From positions 42,036,001 through 42,100,000 of the forward strand of contig CM060733.1 of the NCBI GenBank assembly GCA_030704615.1: DNA of 64,000 bases. Reading direction: 5' to 3'. The translations under genes were made by a program, and so were the position numbers. This document shows positions 25,232 through 37,483 of the stretch, piece by piece (within the stretch, counting starts at the first letter, position 1; every line of letters begins with the position of its first letter). The stretch is from Takakia lepidozioides (taxonomy: Eukaryota; Plantae; Bryophyta). The notes below the pieces were generated by a model, which saw only the letters and a list, made by a program, of their open reading frames with translations, ran no database searches and was not told where the DNA came from.

Positions 25232-28200
25232 ATGGCTCCGAATTCCTACGCTATAGTTTGCTGTCCTCCGCAACTTGGGAGAGCCTGGATCCCAAACGAG
25301 GGAGGACTTTGCAGAGTGACTGAAACTTACCTTTGTTCCAAATTCAAGCTCAAACCGGGCACAGTTTATTTGGAAGAAGAAAGGAAGGATGTTCCTGGAC
25401 AGGTTGACGAGACCATTGTCGTGCTAGGTAACGACGGAGGTTGCGGAATCGAATGGCACGTTCCCCCGTCAGACACCATCATGTACCGAGCTGTGGGAAT
25501 GCCCATTCCCTTTCCGAATCAGTCGCTGCCACCACCATCCACAAGGAGTCCGGAAAACCGAGAGGCGGCCACTGCCAACAGAGAGGTATGCAACGATAAT
25601 CATTCCCGACCTGGACCGTCAAGACCCTCCATAGCTTCTCGTGTGGACGTATTCGACATTTCCGACGAGGAAGATGATTGCATTGAGGTACCCATGTCCT
25701 CCACACGGTCGTTCAAATCCGGCATGGACGTCTCTGTAGGTGCTACGAATGTGCCCTCGAGCATAACTCCAACCCGGTCCATTGTGCAGCTCCTACGACA
25801 ACATCACCTCGATGGTTCTCGCTCCGAGCTGGCTGCTCTCGACTATGCCAAATTCCCAGTCAGAAAGGTAACGTTTCTGCCTCCTGAAGTCGATGGCAAT
25901 GTCATCTTCGAGTTTCCACCTGTTTCTTCGTCAAAGAAAGCCTCCGGGATGTTAACAGACATGGATCGAAAGCATGACGGACACCCCTGGTGTGTGACGA
26001 AGACCAGTAGCACGAAAATTGCTGATGGTGTTCGTGTACGATATGTCCTCTGTGCGGGGAAGCTGAGGTGCCTCAATCCCACCTGCTTCCACTTTCTCTC
26101 CAAAGGAGGGCGGAGAAACGAGACGGATTGGACTGGCACAACGCATCATCCATTCATTGTCTCCAGCCAAGCTCCTGTGGGTTCTTTCAAGTGTGCACAT
26201 TGCAAAGAACCACCAACGTGCATGTCCATGTGCAGAGCCAAGCAATACTACGTTATCCATTTGCTCCCGGACTTGACTAGAGCTTGCATACACGTTGGGG
26301 TCCACTGCCACCCCTTGGCGAGAGGCAACATGCGTGAGGCTGTGCAGGAAGCACACGACATCATAAAAGAGGAGGTGAAATTGAGCCCCGGAGCCAGACC
26401 AAAGCAGATTCAGCTGAAGGCAGCTCACAAGATTGCTCTTGGCAAAATCATGTCTGAAGATGGTTCCGACCGAGAGCCCTTGACCGAAGACGAGATGCGG
26501 GACCTCTTGGAGTCCGTCTCGCACGTTTGTAGTCCGAATGTGCGGAATCACATCGTATCTTGCAAGCAGGAGTTCGGCAGGGGGTCGGACATGTACTCAA
26601 TCCTGGAGGTGAAACGAATGACTGGATATGACTACATCCAAGGTAGCAGGTTTCCAGGGCAAGGCAGCGAATCCGATCGTTGTTACATTTTCAAAATGTC
26701 GACGTCTGGGCCTGGGAGTGGAGTCAACTTGGTCACTCGCATGACAACTGGAAACTTGTCGAATGCTTGGGTGATGTTTGATCACATCAAGCGAATTACA
26801 AACCATCAGTGGGTGACTATGGGTGCGCATGTTTATGACTATCACTCCAAGAGGCTCATGACGATTGCAATCTGCGAGATGAAAGGGGAGGACACACAGT
26901 CCGAGATGCATCTGTGGGAGGGCATAAACGAGCAGATGGCAAGGGCGGGATTGCCAGAGCCCAATTTCAGGGATTCATGGCAGACAACGCTCAGGCCAAC
27001 TGGGCAGCGGTGCGGCGTGTGTACGGTGAGGACCCCAATGTTCCAATGGAGGGGAAAGAGAGATCCTGTGGATTCCATTGGATGTAGAGTCTATCCCACT
27101 ACACTACCAAATTTGTTGCTAGCTCATTCCAGGCTGAACACCGTGTCCTTTGTACGGCGTGGAAGGATGCACCCACATTTGATGACGCGGAGGTTAAGTT
27201 TGCTATCATCGAGGCTTGGTGGAACACGTCAGGTGCAGTGGAGACAACCAATCTGGGAGCATTGCACAGCTGGTTGGGGTGGTGGCATTTTCGGTATCGA
27301 CAGTTCGGACAGTACATGCGGGAGGTAGGCTGCTGTCAATTTCGTTCATTTGTCTTCTGTTACGGACATTTCGATTGGTCCCTCACCATTGTTTGTGTCC
27401 TTCTAGGAGCGGTGCTTGGATTCCGACACGGACATGCCGAACACGAATATGGCAGAATCGGTCCATTCCTCCTGGCGAGCGTCTTCTGCCGCACATCTGG
27501 TGGACGTAGTGACGGCCACAACGGAGGACATCGACAGAGCAATCATGCAGCAAGCCACGTACTACAAGTTCCTGAGCGGCAAACAATGGGGCTTTGGGCC
27601 GGACAGGGAGGAATTGTTGGTACGAACAGCTTCGAGGTCCAAGAATCCAGTGAAATGGGCGACAGCATTGCGAGAGAAGATCAAAGGGACGCCTCTGCAC
27701 CGCAGAGGTGAACACCTAGAGGGGGACGTCCGGACTCGCCCTGTCAGGCGGAGGATTGAAGAGGAACCCGGGTGCGAAGAGGATTCCTGGAGATCCGACA
27801 GGAACATTCGGACAGCACCTCGAGGTCCCGTCATGTTGCCGCACAATGTGTCTTCCAGCAGTGGAAGCCCAAGAAATTCCAGATCGCCGTCGCCTTCAAC
27901 CGGGGATTTCGTGCAACAAATTCCCACCACTCCCTTGCCCCACATTCCGCCCGCTGTTATGCAGTATGGCCAAGCCATTGTGGAGACGACTGTGTCTGCA
28001 TCACAGTGGAGAATTGCTCGCACAAAGCCGTCGTTTCGAGGAAGGTGTTCCGCAATTCGTGTGGATACACGGCAACGTTGTTTAGAGATGATAAGGAGGA
28101 ATCCAGATGGGGCTGTCCCTGCTCCTACTTTTACAGGAAGATTTGTCCATGCAAAGTTTGCGGAGGCGACAACCACCCAGTTCTGGTTCTGCAGGCATGA

Positions 28201-28837
28201 CATTATGACTTGCGTGTATGGAAAGCCCAAGTACGGCATACAAACAATGCCAGAGGCTCCCCCGGTGTGGCCGGTGGAACCAGGCTGCGATCTGAGTCAG
28301 GTTGAGGCCGACGCCCTTACCGCCGCAGGATTTCGGATGGTGCAGCGCACTGACGTCCCCAGAGAACCATTTCCGCTTCCACAGCCTCCACCACCGACCC
28401 CTGTGAGAGCAAGAACAATGGGACACGACAGCTCTAAGCATCCTACACACCGTTGGGGGAAACCGAAGAGGCGGCGACCTCCCTCAAAAGTGAACGAGAC
28501 AATGATGGGGAATGCACTTCGGATGAACTGTACAATCCAGAGCTCGACAGAAGTGCCCCCACCAGGATTCGGGCGTGTGTATCAAATGGCCACGGCGGGC
28601 TCAGCTGTTCGCAATGAGGTGTACACCATCACCATTTCAGAATTACCCACCTGCAATTGCACCGACTTCCAGATCATGGCGAACAAGGGGGCATCATACT
28701 GCCCTTGCAAGCATTTGTACTACGTGTACCTAAAGAGACTCCGTTGTAATTCCACAACTCATCACTTCATACATGCACCAGGGTTGAGCCCCCAGGAGGT
28801 TGACACTCTTCTGAATATGGATCCAGGGGACCAGTGA
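25232..28837 (+). CDS. MULE transposase, family C (2 exons: 25232-27324, 27407-28837; 1-bp frameshift near 26970)
   Basis: GCM-like region KHDGHPWC...CAGKLRCLNPTC...CAHC...GVHCHP. DDE motifs VMFDH / FMADNAQAN.AAVRRVY...CGFHW / NTNMAESVH. C-terminal SWIM CNCTDF...CKH. Confidence 0.88.
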
Positions 28838-30087
28838 GCTTGGCTTGCGGGTACGCCCATCCTTTTCGGATAATAGAACTGTACTGCTGCCAGTACCTCA
28901 GACTCTGGCCACACAAAGGTCCGACATATGTCTTGCCTACCAGTAACCTGTTTTGCTCGAACTAAGATATTACTATATCGTTCACTTGTTTCCACGTGCA
29001 TGTATTTTTGTATGTTGGAGGGTTCATGTTTTTCTGCTTTCCGAAAACTTGCTTTCCTCATTCGACCTCCGACAAGGAAATGCGGCGCCGCATTTCCAAG
29101 TATCGTCGTAGGTACCCCCAGAGGCGGCCTTCGCCAACACGAAACCGCTCCGAAATTTCGCACGTGCGAACCCTAATGCGGCACCCTATTTCCCAGTTCA
29201 GTTGCAAACCTTTCCCGCCGAATACCCGAAGAAGACAGAATTGTGAAGTACTGCAGACTGTATTGGTGCAGACTCCATTGGTTCAATTGCGGCAAAAGGG
29301 TCAGCTTCATTCCAATGTTAAGGCATGTAAAACCGCGGAATACTCTATACAGGCCAGTATGCGACGTCCTTTTGCAGTGGTATACTGGATTTCCCGTTGC
29401 ACGGTCACTTATTTCCATGAGCGGATCTAAAAAACCATGAGCGGACTTGTTACTGACGACATATCTTTGCCGCATTACATGATCTGGAACGTCCAAAAAC
29501 GGCAAGGTCAAATAAAAAATTATTATTTTAATACTTGTTTAATCTGCCGCATTTCCAAATTTGGAGGAGTCCGCTCATGAAATCCGCGTATCTTAGACTT
29601 CGGCTCACCGCTCATGCGGCTCATGCGGCTCATGGCTCATGGCTCATGGTTTCTGCTCATGAAATAGTAAACCTCCTCCACAGGTGCTGCGGCATTCTGA
29701 TGTTCTACCTTTGGTACCTCCGTCACAGGTGTAGTTATTTTATGCACAATAGGGTTTTCCCTGGACAGACTCTGCACCACTGGTACCCCTGATTCCCTGA
29801 CCCAGAGTTTTCATAGAGAAGGTCACACTTCTCAATTTCCGCCACAACCTGTTCTGTAGTGGGAATGTCTAATCCTTCTCTTTCCAAAATAGCAGGCAGT
29901 GGTGGAACCGCATGCTCTACTTGAGGTACCACTGAGATAACCGGTTCATCTGGCTATGATGGCTGTGACATTGAAGTAACTTCTTCTTCCCTCTCCAAAG
30001 GTTGTGCTGTTTGTAACAACAGCTCTCTGTGCTGCTGTGCCCCCTCCTGCACGAGAGATTGGGAAACATCTTCTTGCGGCTCCCTTG

Positions 30088-31260
30088 AAGAGAATTGCTA
30101 TCAAGGCTTTACCTTATATTATGGTAGGGGGCAGAATGTACAAGCTAGGACCGGATGGAGTACTTAAACGATGCTTGTACCACCACGAAGAAAATAAAGT
30201 TTTGGAGGAAGTCCATAAAGGAGTGGCTGGAGGTCATTTTGGAGAAGAGACTACCAGTAGAAAGATACTACTTGCAGGTTACTGGTGGCCTACTTTGTTC
30301 AAAGATGTACACAAGTATTGTAAGAGTTGTGATGAGTGTCAGAGGCTAGGACCATTGCAAAGATATGGGAAGATGGCTTTGCATCCTACAATGCCTACTG
30401 AACCATTTCAAAAATTGGGACTAGACTTTGTTGGGCCAATTAACCCACCAGCCAGGAATACACAGAACAAGTATATAATCACAGCCACTGATTATACTAC
30501 AAAATGGGTGGAAGCTAAAGCTCTGAGGGATAACACAGCTAAGTCCACAGCAAGATTCCTGTATGAGAACATACTTACACGATTTGGCTGTCCCCTGGAA
30601 TTTATCAGTGACTAGGGAAGTCACTTCATTAATGAAACCATAGAACTCTTGACTAAGGAGTTCATGATTGTGCATAAGAAGAGTACAACTTATTAACCGT
30701 AGGGTAACGGGCAGTCAGAGGCTACCAACAAAATACTATGTACTATCTTGGCTAAGATAGTCAATGCAAAGAGAACAGATTGGGATACAAAGCTGCTGAC
30801 AGCTTTGTGGTCATACAGGACTTCATATAAAGTCACCACTAAGTATACACCATTCCAATTAGTTTACGGTATGGAAGCTTTACTTCCAGTGGAGTTCTTG
30901 TTACCTACCATGAGAACTGAATGGGGAAGGAGAATGGAATTGGAAGATTCAATTAAGGTCATGAAACATGAGTTATACCATGTGGAAGAAGTATGTGCTG
31001 ATGCAGCTGATAACATGACCAGAATTCAGATGAAGAGGAAGGATCAGTTTGATGAAGGGAAGTTAAAGACTTTTAAGGCGGGAGATTTGGTTCTGTGGTT
31101 GCAAAAGAAGGGGAAGATTCTGGCTTCCAAGCTTAAATCACCATGGAAAGGACCTTATGTCATACAGAAGATGTATGATAACAACACCGTCATGTTACAA
31201 ACCATTAACAAAGAGATGTTGGGAAGAGTTAATGCCAATAAGTTGAAGGGATACAGTGGT
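30088..31260 (+). pseudogene. Ty3/gypsy integrase (inverted relative to the rest of pol)
   Basis: HHCC finger (VH..GGHF...C..C), GLDFVGP, FISD*GSHF, NGQSEATN and WKGPY, with in-frame stops. Confidence 0.9.
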
Positions 31261-32419
31261 ATCCATGACAAACCATTGCAGCACGACTTGCATATTGAAA
31301 CACAGAAACAGTCATGGACTGCACCGGTACTACCAACAGAGCATGAAGCAATTATCGTAAAACCGATTGTGTATGGCCTGAGCAAAGAACACAGAGGTTT
31401 GAATTGTCATCACACCCTATCACATCATCACACAGCCTATCACAACCTACCACAGTGCCACACAGCCTAACACAGCCCACCCGGGTTACACAGTCTATAG
31501 GGGCAGTGACATGTGAACATAGGTTAACGTCCGGGAAATGGCCGGCGGAAGAGAGGACTGAGGCAAGTTTAGAAATGGACATGTGGACACCAGAGCGAGA
31601 CACACAGCCGTGCATATGTGGCAACCACAGGTGTCATCAAGAAAGAAGACAAATTCGGCCGTCAAAGTACCTACCCGACACATCAACCCAAATTAATAGT
31701 GGGCCCATTAATACAGTGAAAGAAGGGGTAACATGACCATTTACGAGTACAGAAAAGGGGAATCATGGCCACACGTGTTATCCTAGTGGACATTCCAGGG
31801 GGGAAAGTCCACTGAAGGAAATTAAATTCAAAAGCCAGTCACAGCGGCAACAGCCAATCATGAGTCAAAATTATCTGAAGAGGGTATTTTCCAAGAAACA
31901 AGATCAAGAATTTAGGAGAATTATGAGCGCAAGAGTCGGCATGGTTCCGAATAACGGGCGTCTCGACGGGAGAGACAATAAAAAATATAGCTTTGAAGCT
32001 ATGGCGGAAATAACAGACTACACGCTCGCCTTACTACTTACGTAGTGGCACAAGAACGGACGAACTGATAGTACATTTTCTCTCAATCAATACTTGCAAG
32101 CCCCACATGCTTACAAACACTTACCCATTTCATTCTGTGCCAACCATACTTTTATGCTCTGTGCCCTACAGGCGTTTCTTCAGTTGTTGCAACCAAAACC
32201 TTTTTGTTTATCTAGAATGAAGAGAGTGAGAGGAATGGAGGATATCAGGTGAAGAGCACCACGATATTGCAGAAGCAGATGATTGCTACACCACAGGCAG
32301 TGCAGCTACTGAGGGAGCTGCAATTGGAGGGGTTGCTATGCAAGGATTGGTCATTGCATCATCGGCAGTACATGCTGCAATTTTTGCAGAACTTTGAGCC
32401 TAAGATAGAAATAACCTAG

Positions 32420-32938
32420 GTGAGGGGAGTAGAGATAGAAATTACTCTCCAGTACCTACAACAATTGTTCGAATTGCCATCGGGTAAGGTAGAAGTGAAT
32501 GAGGACATGACAAGATTGCAAATATGGAGCATGTTCCAAGAAGGGAGTTTCTTTAAAACTCAAGGTTACTCTTGTATCAAAACCGAGTACCCAGGACTCA
32601 GAAACGTTGGCCAAATACTGAATGTTCTGTTTGCCATGAAACAGAACCAACAGTATTTGAGTAAGTCATTCACAGAAGAGATATTGAAAGCATTGCGAGG
32701 AGAAGATGTAGCTTGGGCAGAATTGATGTACAATGGTCTGGTAGAGCAGATGAAGAGATTACAATGCACTGCTGCTAAGTCTCCAATCATAGTGTCTGGC
32801 CCGGTCATTGCACAGATCATTCTGGACTCTTGTATACTTGATGCAAGGGAACGAAAGGAGATGGGAGTGTTTGAGGCAACAACCACTGCAATGGAGGAGC
32901 AGGGTTCTTCACATGGTGAGGGGGGATTGGCAGAGTAA
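32420..32938 (+). pseudogene. Extra ORF downstream of the gypsy integrase (decayed)
   Basis: 172-aa open stretch (VRGVEIEIT...LFELP...VAWAELMY...SGPVIAQI) in the same sense as the integrase. It resembles the extra ORFs of Athila/Tat-type elements. Confidence 0.5.
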
Positions 32939-32994
32939 CAGCGGTCTAAGAGACAAAGGAAGGGTATCATAATAGGGGCAGAACCAAATTCCCA

Positions 32995-34745
32995 TAACTA
33001 GGTGGGCATTGACCATGAGTAAGGTAGTATCTGATTGGCCACTGCCAATCTAACCAGTCATCTGCACTTCCCTGCACCTCCACTGCAAATAAACTTGCAT
33101 CAGGTAATTGGTCATCTACTCCTGTGGCTGGTTCTCCTGTTGATAAACGTGACAAGTGATCTGCCCCAATATGCAATCGTCCAGGTTTGTAAACAACCTC
33201 GAACTCAAACTCGTGCAAGATTATCAACCACCTTGCTATCCTTCCACTTATCAAAGGTTTGTTCACCAGATATATCAGAGCCTGGTGATCCACATAAAAC
33301 ATAAACTTCCTTCCCAATAGGTAATGCCTGAATTTCTTTACTGCATAAATCATTGCCAGTGCTTCTCTTTCCGTTGTGCTATAGTTCATTTCAGCACTGT
33401 TCATCAACCTGCTAGCATAGTACACAGGTGAATCTATCTTTCCTGTAACATTTTGGGCTAACACTGCTCCCAACGCTTCTCCTGAGGCATCACAGTGAGC
33501 ACGAAATACTTCATGCCAGTGAGGGTTAATCAGCACAGGTGTAGTTGTTACTGATAATGTAAGTTCTTCAAAAGCCTTTTGACATTCAGCTGTCCATGCA
33601 AACACTGCATCTTTCTTCATAAGCTTGCTTAATGGTGCTGTTATCTGTGCATACCGTCTGACAAATCTTCTATAATAACTGGTTTGTCCCAGGAATCTCC
33701 TTAGACTCTTAACATTTACTGGAGGTGGAGAGGCTTTAATGGCCTTTGTCTTTCTGGGATCCACAAGAAGTCCCTTCTTACACACAATGTGTCCCAAAAG
33801 CACCCCTGAGTTCACATAGAAAGTACACTTCTCTGGATTCAGGCCCAGACCTCTCATCCTGCATCTGGCCAAATATAACTCCAATTTATGCAAGTGCTCA
33901 CTCTTAGAGTTGTACACACTGAAATCATCCAAGAACACCTGCATGAAATCATCCAGATACTCCTGAAAAGATTCACTTATCACTATCTGAAAAGTTGTTG
34001 GTGCATTACAAAGTCCAAAAGGCATGACTTTGTATGCATAAGCACCCCACTCTGTGATGAAAGTTGTCTTTCCCTGGTCTTCTTCTGCCACTTGCACTTG
34101 ATTATAACCACTGAAGCCATCCATGAATGAGTACATCTCATGGCCTGCCACAGTGTCCAATACCGCTTCTGTGAATGGCAAAGGGAAATGATCTTTCTTC
34201 GTACAAGCATTCAACTTCTTGTAGTTCACACAAACTCTCAGTTTACCATTCTTCTTGGGAACTATCACAATGGGTGACAACCAAGTTGTATACTCTATCG
34301 GGTATATAAACTTAGCCTCAGCCAACTTCTTGATCTCTTCTCCAACCTTCTGTGCATAGTTGGGATTCATTCTGTACCTTGCCTGTTTGATTGGTACTGA
34401 CCCTGGTTCCAGTTCAATCTTATGCTGACAGATCTCAGGTGGTATCCCTTTCAGATCCTCGTAGCTCCAAGCAAATACATCCTTGTATTTGATGAACAGA
34501 CTCTTAGCTTCCTCAAAGAATTTTGGCTCCAAATCAGCCCCTACCTTCACCATCCTCGGTTCCTCCTCAGTTCCCACATTCACTTCCCTCACCTGCTCAT
34601 CAGCTGTGATTGTCCAACCAGTCACTACTTCATCCTGTAAACTTACAGTGGCTGGTTCTTCTAGAATTCCCATTTCTCCTTCTCTTTCTTCATAGAAATG
34701 TGGTGGGTAACTACTTGTTTCCCCCTCAATTGGTGTTGCTGTCAC
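32995..34745 (-). CDS. Ty3/gypsy reverse transcriptase-RNase H
   Basis: SPIVIVPKKNGKLRVCV, DGFSGYNQ, MPFGLCNAP, VFLDDF, CDASG, YSTTEREALA, VDHQAL and ADHLSR. Confidence 0.95.
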
Positions 34746-34885
34746 TACACCAAATCATATACTTTTTAAACAACTTAGGCTTTCCAATTGCATCTTTGCA
34801 ACCTGTCCTACTCTGGGTGTACAGCGAACAAGGTAGCTTCCTCCTCCTCATCAAGTCCTTCTTTCCAGTCATACTCCCTGACCCC

Positions 34886-35449
34886 TCAAGGTCTTCTCGT
34901 ACTAGGTAATCTACTAGATTTCTTAGTGGTGATTTGTTTCTTGTGCAACCCATCATGTACAGTTAGTAACTGGGAATTCCAATCATGGGATACCCTGGCC
35001 TGTTTCAGCCACAGTTGACCCAGCAATAAGGAGTAAGCTTCTATGACTTCATCCATTTTCAACACAGTTACTATGATCTTAAAGATCATCTTTTGAATCT
35101 GTATCTTAACTCCTCTTATCAATCCCAATGGCTGAACACTCCTTTGATCTGCCATTGTTACTGTAAATGGGGCTGGCTTCATATTATTTAGACCAAGCTT
35201 CTGCCTTAATTGGTCTGTCATGATATTCACTCCAGAGCCTCCATCTATCAGTACATCAGTTAGTTCTGTGCTTCCAATTCTCAATTGGATTACTGGCATA
35301 GAATCATCAAAGTCCATGACTGCTTCTCGCCCTTCTGGCTTCACATTATAACTCGTCACCTTATTGTTAAGGTCTGTGTTCCCTGTCACATGGGCAATCT
35401 GATTGATTGCTTGATACAGCCTGGGTCTACAATAAGGTGCCACAGCCAA
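34886..35449 (-). CDS. Ty3/gypsy aspartic protease region
   Basis: VLIDGGSGVNIM ... LLLGQLWL. Confidence 0.85.
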   Translation of the reverse strand: MAVAPYCRPRLYQAINQIAHVTGNTDLNNKVTSYNVKPEGREAVMDFDDSMPVIQLRIGSTELTDVLIDGGSGVNIMTDQLRQKLGLNNMKPAPFTVTMADQRSVQPLGLIRGVKIQIQKMIFKIIVTVLKMDEVIEAYSLLLGQLWLKQARVSHDWNSQLLTVHDGLHKKQITTKKSSRLPSTRRP

Positions 35450-35452
35450 TAG

Positions 35453-36991
35453 CTATCCAATGGTAATCTCCACTTTGGACTGGCATATCACTTCAGCCAA
35501 AGTCCCTTCTCTACTCTGCACTTCTGCAGCTTCTTTCCTCCCTTCTTCTTCACTCACCTCCTTTTCTCTTTCAGAGTCAGCCATAGGAATAACAGTACTC
35601 TTCTGCATTTCCCTTATGGTATCTGCCACTTCCTTGTGCAGTTCCTTCTCATCTCTCCAAGCCTCATCATCTTCAGGCACATCACTGCCATCTTCCTTAT
35701 CATCATCTTCCTCTTCTACTGGAGGTATTAATTTGGCTTTGCTTCTGGTTATTATCATTGTACTTACTTCCGGTACAACACATGGCCTAACCATGTGAGC
35801 TGCCACCACTGGCCCCTCATTCACATGAGCTCTCATCTCATTCTGGTGTCTGATCCAGAATGGACAGGCTGCCTTGCGATGTCCTGCTTGAGTACAATAG
35901 TAACACAGTTCTTCCCCATTAGGTCCTCGCCTTTGGTCTGTTCTGGGGTTATTTATGTAATCCTGATTTCCTGGCTAGTAATTCCCCCTTGGATTACTCT
36001 GATAATTGCCTCTGGAATTTCCCTGGTCTTTCCCTGGCCTACCATAGTGGTCCTGATCATTGTTTCTTCTTGGCTGGGGCTACACTTGATGCACCCTTAC
36101 TTGCCTAGGTTCTCTTGCTGCTGTCCTTCTGTTGTAGTAACAATTCTCAGTAGAATGGTTATCCATTTTACAAATAGTACAGTGTTTCTCCTTCATGTGG
36201 CATTCAATGGTGGTATGGCCTTCATTCTGGCATTTTGCACACCAAACACCCTTCCTCCAATGTGTTGCAGCCTTTGTGGCATACTTTTTCAAGATTTCTT
36301 CTAATATTTTCTCATAATTATCCCTCTTCAACTTTTCCTTCCTTTTACTCTTCCTCTTATGCTCCAGCTCTTCTTCCTCATCTGACCCATCCTCAGAGTC
36401 CTCATCATCTCTTTTCTCTCTCCTGAGCATTCCCAATTGCTCAATTCTGTTTGCTGTTTCAAATGCCTCCTCCACTGTATTGTGGGGTAACATGTCCACT
36501 TTCTTTTACAACTCTGGTCTTAGTCCATTCACAAACCAAGCCTTCTGTAACCCTGGTGCTGGTACAGCAGCCAACTTTTTCATCATCAATTCCATCTTTT
36601 CCATATACTCTTCAACAGTTTCATGCTTCTTTTGCTTTAACTGTTGTAAACTTCCATACACTTCATCCTCAGTTTTACTGGTCCTGAACCTATTTCAGAA
36701 CGTTGTATTCAAGCCATTCTAGGTTAGGAAATGATTATCAGGGAATCTTGCATACCATTCACTGGCTTTCATTATAAGTGAACAAGGAAACAGTCTCATT
36801 CTTGGCATCATCGCCATTCTCATTGTTCACTATACACATGTGCTCAAATTGGCTAATGTGTACATCAGGATCCCATTTTCCTGAATATATTGGAAAAGGT
36901 GGTTTTGCCCGTGTTGGTTGTAACGCCATCTGTGGCCCTACCCCCTGCCCACTGACAGGTGTTGGCCTTCTGGCTGATGCTGGTCCTTGAG
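35453..36991 (-). pseudogene. Ty3/gypsy gag (3' part), interrupted by element A
   Basis: Three CX2CX4HX4C knuckles (CAKCQNEGHTTIEC, CTICKMDNHSTENC, CYYCTQAGHRKAAC) and PIYSGKWDPDVHISQFE, with stops and frameshifts. Confidence 0.85.
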
Positions 36992-37483
36992 GGGGGGTGC
37001 TATTCCGTGAGCCTGGAGGCGTGAGCCTGTGAGCCCAGGAAAGCGTGAGCCCAGCACAGGCTCACGCCACGTCAGCATGCAAACAGTGCCTATTTCCGCG
37101 GATGTCACCTATTTCCGCGGGTTGATTACGCTCAAATTGAGAATGCCTGAACAGTCTTTGATGAGGTGGACTTCACCGTGATGGATTCACCAACCATTCT
37201 TTTAGCAGTAATGGTTTGGGGACCAACTACCAAATGATGCGAGAATACTCTAAACGAACCAAAGTGGTTTGTTTGTTTTCGCAATGTACTGAAGTCTGTG
37301 AGGTTCTCAAAACAACAAATATATTGAAGGAACAATCCGGGCAGTCCATGCAACCCCCATCTCCAACAATAGTTTGTAACCATGAATGTGAATTCCACGC
37401 ACACATTGCAAAGAGGACAACAAGGACACACAACCATCCCATTTCAAATGTGGCCCAGAATTAAACCAAAAGAAGACTTCATA

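Larger units (their letters stand above)
23623..29675. mobile_element. MULE family C, copy 3 (inverted; transposase half only)
   Basis: About 23625-24075 is the reverse complement of 15187-15528, and 28226-29675 is the reverse complement of 13218-14686. It ends ...GCTCATGAAATAGTAAACCTC. Confidence 0.88.

Noticed and set aside
26960-26980. Programmed frameshifts or true inactivation in the transposases and cargo genes
   Set aside because: The single-base losses fall mostly in homopolymers and at different positions in each copy. Sequencing or consensus error or random decay is more likely, and this cannot be resolved here.
36982-36991. The pre-insertion site GGTCCT-TG-AGGACC is itself a palindrome with a TG centre, hinting at targeting
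   Set aside because: This is a single instance, it lacks the CG core, and the family C junctions show nothing similar.
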